From an uncultured Dehalococcoidia bacterium (GTDB taxonomy: Bacteria; Chloroflexota; Dehalococcoidia; Lucifugimonadales; UBA826), in the NCBI GenBank assembly GCA_964602845.1, contig CAZRSW010000011.1, forward strand, positions 1 to 62,917: a stretch of 62,917 nucleotides of DNA, written 5' to 3'. The position numbers and the translations under genes are program-made. The first letter of the stretch is position 1; each line of letters starts with the position of its first letter. The notes beneath the pieces were generated by a model. That model had not been told where the DNA came from. It made no database searches and saw only the letters and a list, made by a program, of their open reading frames with translations. Below, one piece after another: positions 59,730 to 62,917 of this stretch.

Positions 59730-60288
59730 AATAGAACAAACCAAGATACAGGGATGCTACATTCTGTATCCTAATAGGTTTTCTGACAATAGAGGAATAT
59801 TTATAAAAACCTACCACGAAAAATTCTACGAGGAAAATAACATAACAGCCCAGTTTGAAGAACAGTTCTATACCGTATCACGAAAGGACGTCCTTAGAGG
59901 CTTACATTTTCAGGCACCCCCTCATGAGCAAAGTAAATTAGTATATTGCACCGCAGGATCAGTAGTGGACGTGGTGCTGGACCTAAGAAAGGGATCCCCA
60001 AGCTATGGGGATCATATCAAAGTAACGATTTCGGGATCCAACCTAAAGCAAGTCCTCATCCCTGTAGGATGCGCACACGGGTTCTTCGTCACATCTGATT
60101 CGGCTACTATGATATACAACGTCACATCAACCTACTCACCTGATCATGATGATGGCATATTGTGGAACTCAGCTTCTATCGATTGGCCAATATCAGACCC
60201 GATTGTATCTGAGAGGGACGGTAGACTAACAAGATTACGTAAGTTCAGATCCCCTTTTGAATTTAAACCTAATATCTGTTCCTACTGA
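59722..60288 (+). CDS. rmlC: dTDP-4-dehydrorhamnose 3,5-epimerase family (cupin)
   Basis: DNRG.F, VLRGLHFQ.PP..Q.KLV, DV.LDLRKGSP.YG, AHGF. Confidence 0.9.
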   Translation: MFKIEQTKIQGCYILYPNRFSDNRGIFIKTYHEKFYEENNITAQFEEQFYTVSRKDVLRGLHFQAPPHEQSKLVYCTAGSVVDVVLDLRKGSPSYGDHIKVTISGSNLKQVLIPVGCAHGFFVTSDSATMIYNVTSTYSPDHDDGILWNSASIDWPISDPIVSERDGRLTRLRKFRSPFEFKPNICSY

Positions 60289-60291
60289 TAA

Positions 60292-61095
60292 ATGGACAGC
60301 GTATATTTATCCAAGAAGATCCTAGTATATATACCGACATACAACTGTTCAAAAGTCATATTCGATCTGCTAGACGATATATCCCAAAATATTTGGGATT
60401 CGTGTGACATATTGCTGGTCGATAATGCCAGCCCAGACGGGACAGGGAAACTCGTCGCAGATAGGGTGAGCCAAACCCAGAGTTATAATGGACTAAAAAT
60501 CATAAGGACTGAAAACAATGTCGGGTACGCGGGTTCACAAAAGTTGGCTTATCGAATTGCCACCCAATATCCTTCAATTGAGAACGTGGTTATGCTACAC
60601 GGAGATGGCCAGTACCCTCCGGAACTTCTACCAAGTTTATTGGACAAAGTAGGCAATGGGTATGGAATCGTATACGGGTATCGAGACAAGAAACTATTCA
60701 AGCAAGAAGAAACTCCGCTAATTACTTTTATTTGCATAAAAGGTTTAAGCATTCTCGAAAGTTTAGTAACCGGATATCCCAGGAAAGAATGGCATAGCGG
60801 GTTGGTAATGTATTCTAGGGAGTTCTTAGAAAACGTGAATTTTGATGCCGTCACCGACACTTATCACATTGACGGTCATTTGCAATACGCATCAGGGTAT
60901 CTAGGATACAAAGTCAAAGCTGTTCCGATCTGGAAACGCTATAACAACTTTGAACAATTTGGTGGTTTTAACAGGGTAAAGTATGTCTTCAATGTCCTGA
61001 GATTAACACTTACCTTCAGATTGAGCCGTAGCGGTTTGAATAAAGGATCTAACTCCACCATAAGTCCCATAAAATTTAAAGTGCTAATCCCCTGA
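60292..61095 (+). CDS. Glycosyltransferase family 2 (DPM1/GtrB-like polyprenol-phosphate glycosyltransferase)
   Basis: IPTYN, VDNASPDGT, N.GY.GSQK, HGDGQY.PE, EWHSG. Confidence 0.88.
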   Translation: MDSVYLSKKILVYIPTYNCSKVIFDLLDDISQNIWDSCDILLVDNASPDGTGKLVADRVSQTQSYNGLKIIRTENNVGYAGSQKLAYRIATQYPSIENVVMLHGDGQYPPELLPSLLDKVGNGYGIVYGYRDKKLFKQEETPLITFICIKGLSILESLVTGYPRKEWHSGLVMYSREFLENVNFDAVTDTYHIDGHLQYASGYLGYKVKAVPIWKRYNNFEQFGGFNRVKYVFNVLRLTLTFRLSRSGLNKGSNSTISPIKFKVLIP

Positions 61096-61135
61096 GGTTT
61101 AAATTATCCTAAACCCATTTTGTATTTGAGAAAAC

Positions 61136-62917
61136 ATGTTAAGACCGAACAACAGCTACAATCGAATTCTCCTATTTTTTATTGCTATCTCGATCATCAC
61201 CGCAGTATTAATGTCATATTACATGCATACATTGGCCGTGCACCCGAGGCCAATGTATGCATTTGGCCCTGACGTCGACCACCAGTTTCATTACAATGGA
61301 CTCTTGGTTCTTGACGGTATAAACCCCCAAGGTAACTGGTATCCTGGCACCCCGCTTTATTACTTATACTCAGGTCTACTAATCATTTTCGGTTCAGAGA
61401 TAGAAGATACCCAAAGGGTCCTTAACATCAGCTACTTCACCTGTGTTCTATTCTCGATAATTGGCCTCTCCCTGTTATTTAAAATAATTACGAAAAACTA
61501 CCCATGGTGGGTGGGAATGATTGCATTAACAACTTTCGTAACTTGGCCGTCATTCTTCATTTACCTTAACTACTTCTCATCAGATTCCTTTGTCCCATTA
61601 AGCACTATGTTGGTTACTATAGCTGTGTGGAAGTCACTTTATGAAGAACGAAAAGATCTACGGTGGACTATTTTAGTGGGTATATCCATGGGGTTGATTG
61701 TGAGTATGAAAGTCACAGCAATTCCCGTCGTATTAACCGTAGCTTTGATATTAACAATACGTGAAATCAAATATCATATTAGAAGGCCGAATAACGACAC
61801 CTCTTTCTTGAAGCTATTGCTGAATATCTCAATATTACCGTTATCTATATTCGCATCGTTTATATTCTTCATATTCCCAACAATTAACAACCTTCCACAA
61901 CTGGTATTATTTGTACTGCAAAAAAGTGTCAAAAACTCACCGTCATTGATTGAATCATCCTGGAACTCAATATCTACAACCGCACAAATTGCTCCATTTG
62001 CATTTACTACGGCCGCCCTAACATTAGCAGTGTTTTGCATCAGTATCTTTGTAGCAAAATGCCTTGTAGGAAAAGACACTAAACATAGATTTAAATATCA
62101 AGGTGATCCTAAATTTGACTACTTATCAGCAAACATATTAATTGCATCATTATTCTTACTGACAATGGCTACACTATACAGAACCGTTGGTACAGCAACT
62201 GATGGAGGCAATATATCAGGTATCCTATTTCGGCAGACTGCTCCAAGTGCCATAGTATTCCCACTGATGGTTCTGTATTCATATCACCTAACGTCTCCCT
62301 CTCATCGTCTGATTCGCCCGCTATATCGCTTTCAGTGGTTCTTCCTAATTACTTTGTCCCTGGCATCTTTAGCGGTCATCACATGGAGCATTACAGCCGC
62401 GGTACGATGGCGCATGGACACCGTGGATAATTGGCATACTGAAATTGCCCACATCGCGGAAACATTGGATTCAATCACACCACCAGGCACAAGGATGGCA
62501 ATTTACTGGCAATGGTACGGTCGAGAAGAATCATTCCACTGGAGGGCCAACTCAGGTCATGGGCACAATCGCTATGCACAAAAAATACTTGAAGCATTCC
62601 CTCGGCATACCCTCTTAGATGGCCTCGCTATAAAACACATCCTAGAAAAAACTACGGAAAATCAACCCAATCAAGATATGGAGGGAGTTCTCAGGAGAAT
62701 ACACACGCTATTCCGAAAGGTATTTCCCCAAGAAGACTATTCATCCAGAGAAGAAATAATATATGGGCTTGATAGTGGAGAGCCCATAGGAATCATCGCA
62801 TACCCCACTAATGCACCAAATTCATTGGGCCTAGATGCCACAAAATTTCAACATTTCATCAAATCCTACTTATCATCTTCAACTGTAGAAAAGATGTCCA
62901 TTGGAACGGAAGAATGG
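61136..62917 (+). CDS. Multi-pass membrane protein, probable GT-C glycosyltransferase; runs off the window end
   Basis: Missing from the ORF track, which is consistent with no stop inside the window. Manual translation from ATG 61136: MLRPNNSYNRILLFFIAISIITAVLMSYY...GPDVDHQFHYNG...YPGTPLYYL... with many TM segments and G...G..VSMK. I read only about the first 220 codons. Confidence 0.65.
   Translation, partial: MLRPNNSYNRILLFFIAISIITAVLMSYYMHTLAVHPRPMYAFGPDVDHQFHYNGLLVLDGINPQGNWYPGTPLYYLYSGLLIIFGSEIEDTQRVLNISYFTCVLFSIIGLSLLFKIITKNYPWWVGMIALTTFVTWPSFFIYLNYFSSDSFVPLSTMLVTIAVWKSLYEERKDLRWTILVGISMGLIVSMKVTAIPVVLTVALILTIREIKYHIRRPNNDTSFLKLLLNISILPLSIFASFIFFIFPTINNLPQLVLFVLQKSVKNSPSLIESSWNSISTTAQIAPFAFTTAALTLAVFCISIFVAKCLVGKDTKHRFKYQGDPKFDYLSANILIASLFLLTMATLYRTVGTATDGGNISGILFRQTAPSAIVFPLMVLYSYHLTSPSHRLIRPLYRFQWFFLITLSLASLAVITWSITAAVRWRMDTVDNWHTEIAHIAETLDSITPPGTRMAIYWQWYGREESFHWRANSGHGHNRYAQKILEAFPRHTLLDGLAIKHILEKTTENQPNQDMEGVLRRIHTLFRKVFPQEDYSSREEIIYGLDSGEPIGIIAYPTNAPNSLGLDATKFQHFIKSYLSSSTVEKMSIGTEEW

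Noticed and set aside
882-62079. Many 60-135 aa ORFs antisense to, or out of frame within, the main genes
   Set aside because: They lie essentially within well-supported genes, show no motifs, and are typical shadow ORFs.
1-62917. CRISPR arrays, tRNA/rRNA, transposases, integrases, phase-variable homopolymer tracts
   Set aside because: None seen by eye; the longest homopolymers are short and do not break frames.

Overview
Almost the whole window is one bacterial surface-glycan biosynthesis locus. A run of 46 co-directional minus-strand genes (216-53376) is headed by a winged-helix regulator with tandem palindromic operators and a specialised NusG paralog with an Arg-rich tail. The run encodes nucleotide-sugar dehydrogenases/epimerases, a mosaic of nonulosonic-acid genes (Neu-type synthase, neuC/neuA, legB/ptmE-like, pseB/C/G/H-like), eight GT4 glycosyltransferases, three orphan GT-B-like proteins, a PglK/MsbA-type ABC flippase and many tailoring enzymes. 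The most unusual part is a block at about 32.5-43.1 kb inserted among the nonulosonate genes. It holds a complete Campylobacter-type phosphoramidate (P-N bond) cassette (Cj1418/1417/1416/1415-like) with no recognisable Cj1421/22 transferase. The cassette is flanked by a CDP-alcohol phosphotransferase, an arginine amidinotransferase plus deacetylase, a variant formyltransferase and a methyltransferase. I infer a pathway that puts phosphoramidate and guanidino groups on a glycan. The right end has an O-antigen-ligase/O-OTase-like protein, an initiating phosphoglycosyl transferase, GT-C membrane proteins and a polyprenol-sugar module. I saw no rRNA, tRNA, CRISPR array or mobile element. All calls come from motif recognition only; no database searches were run.
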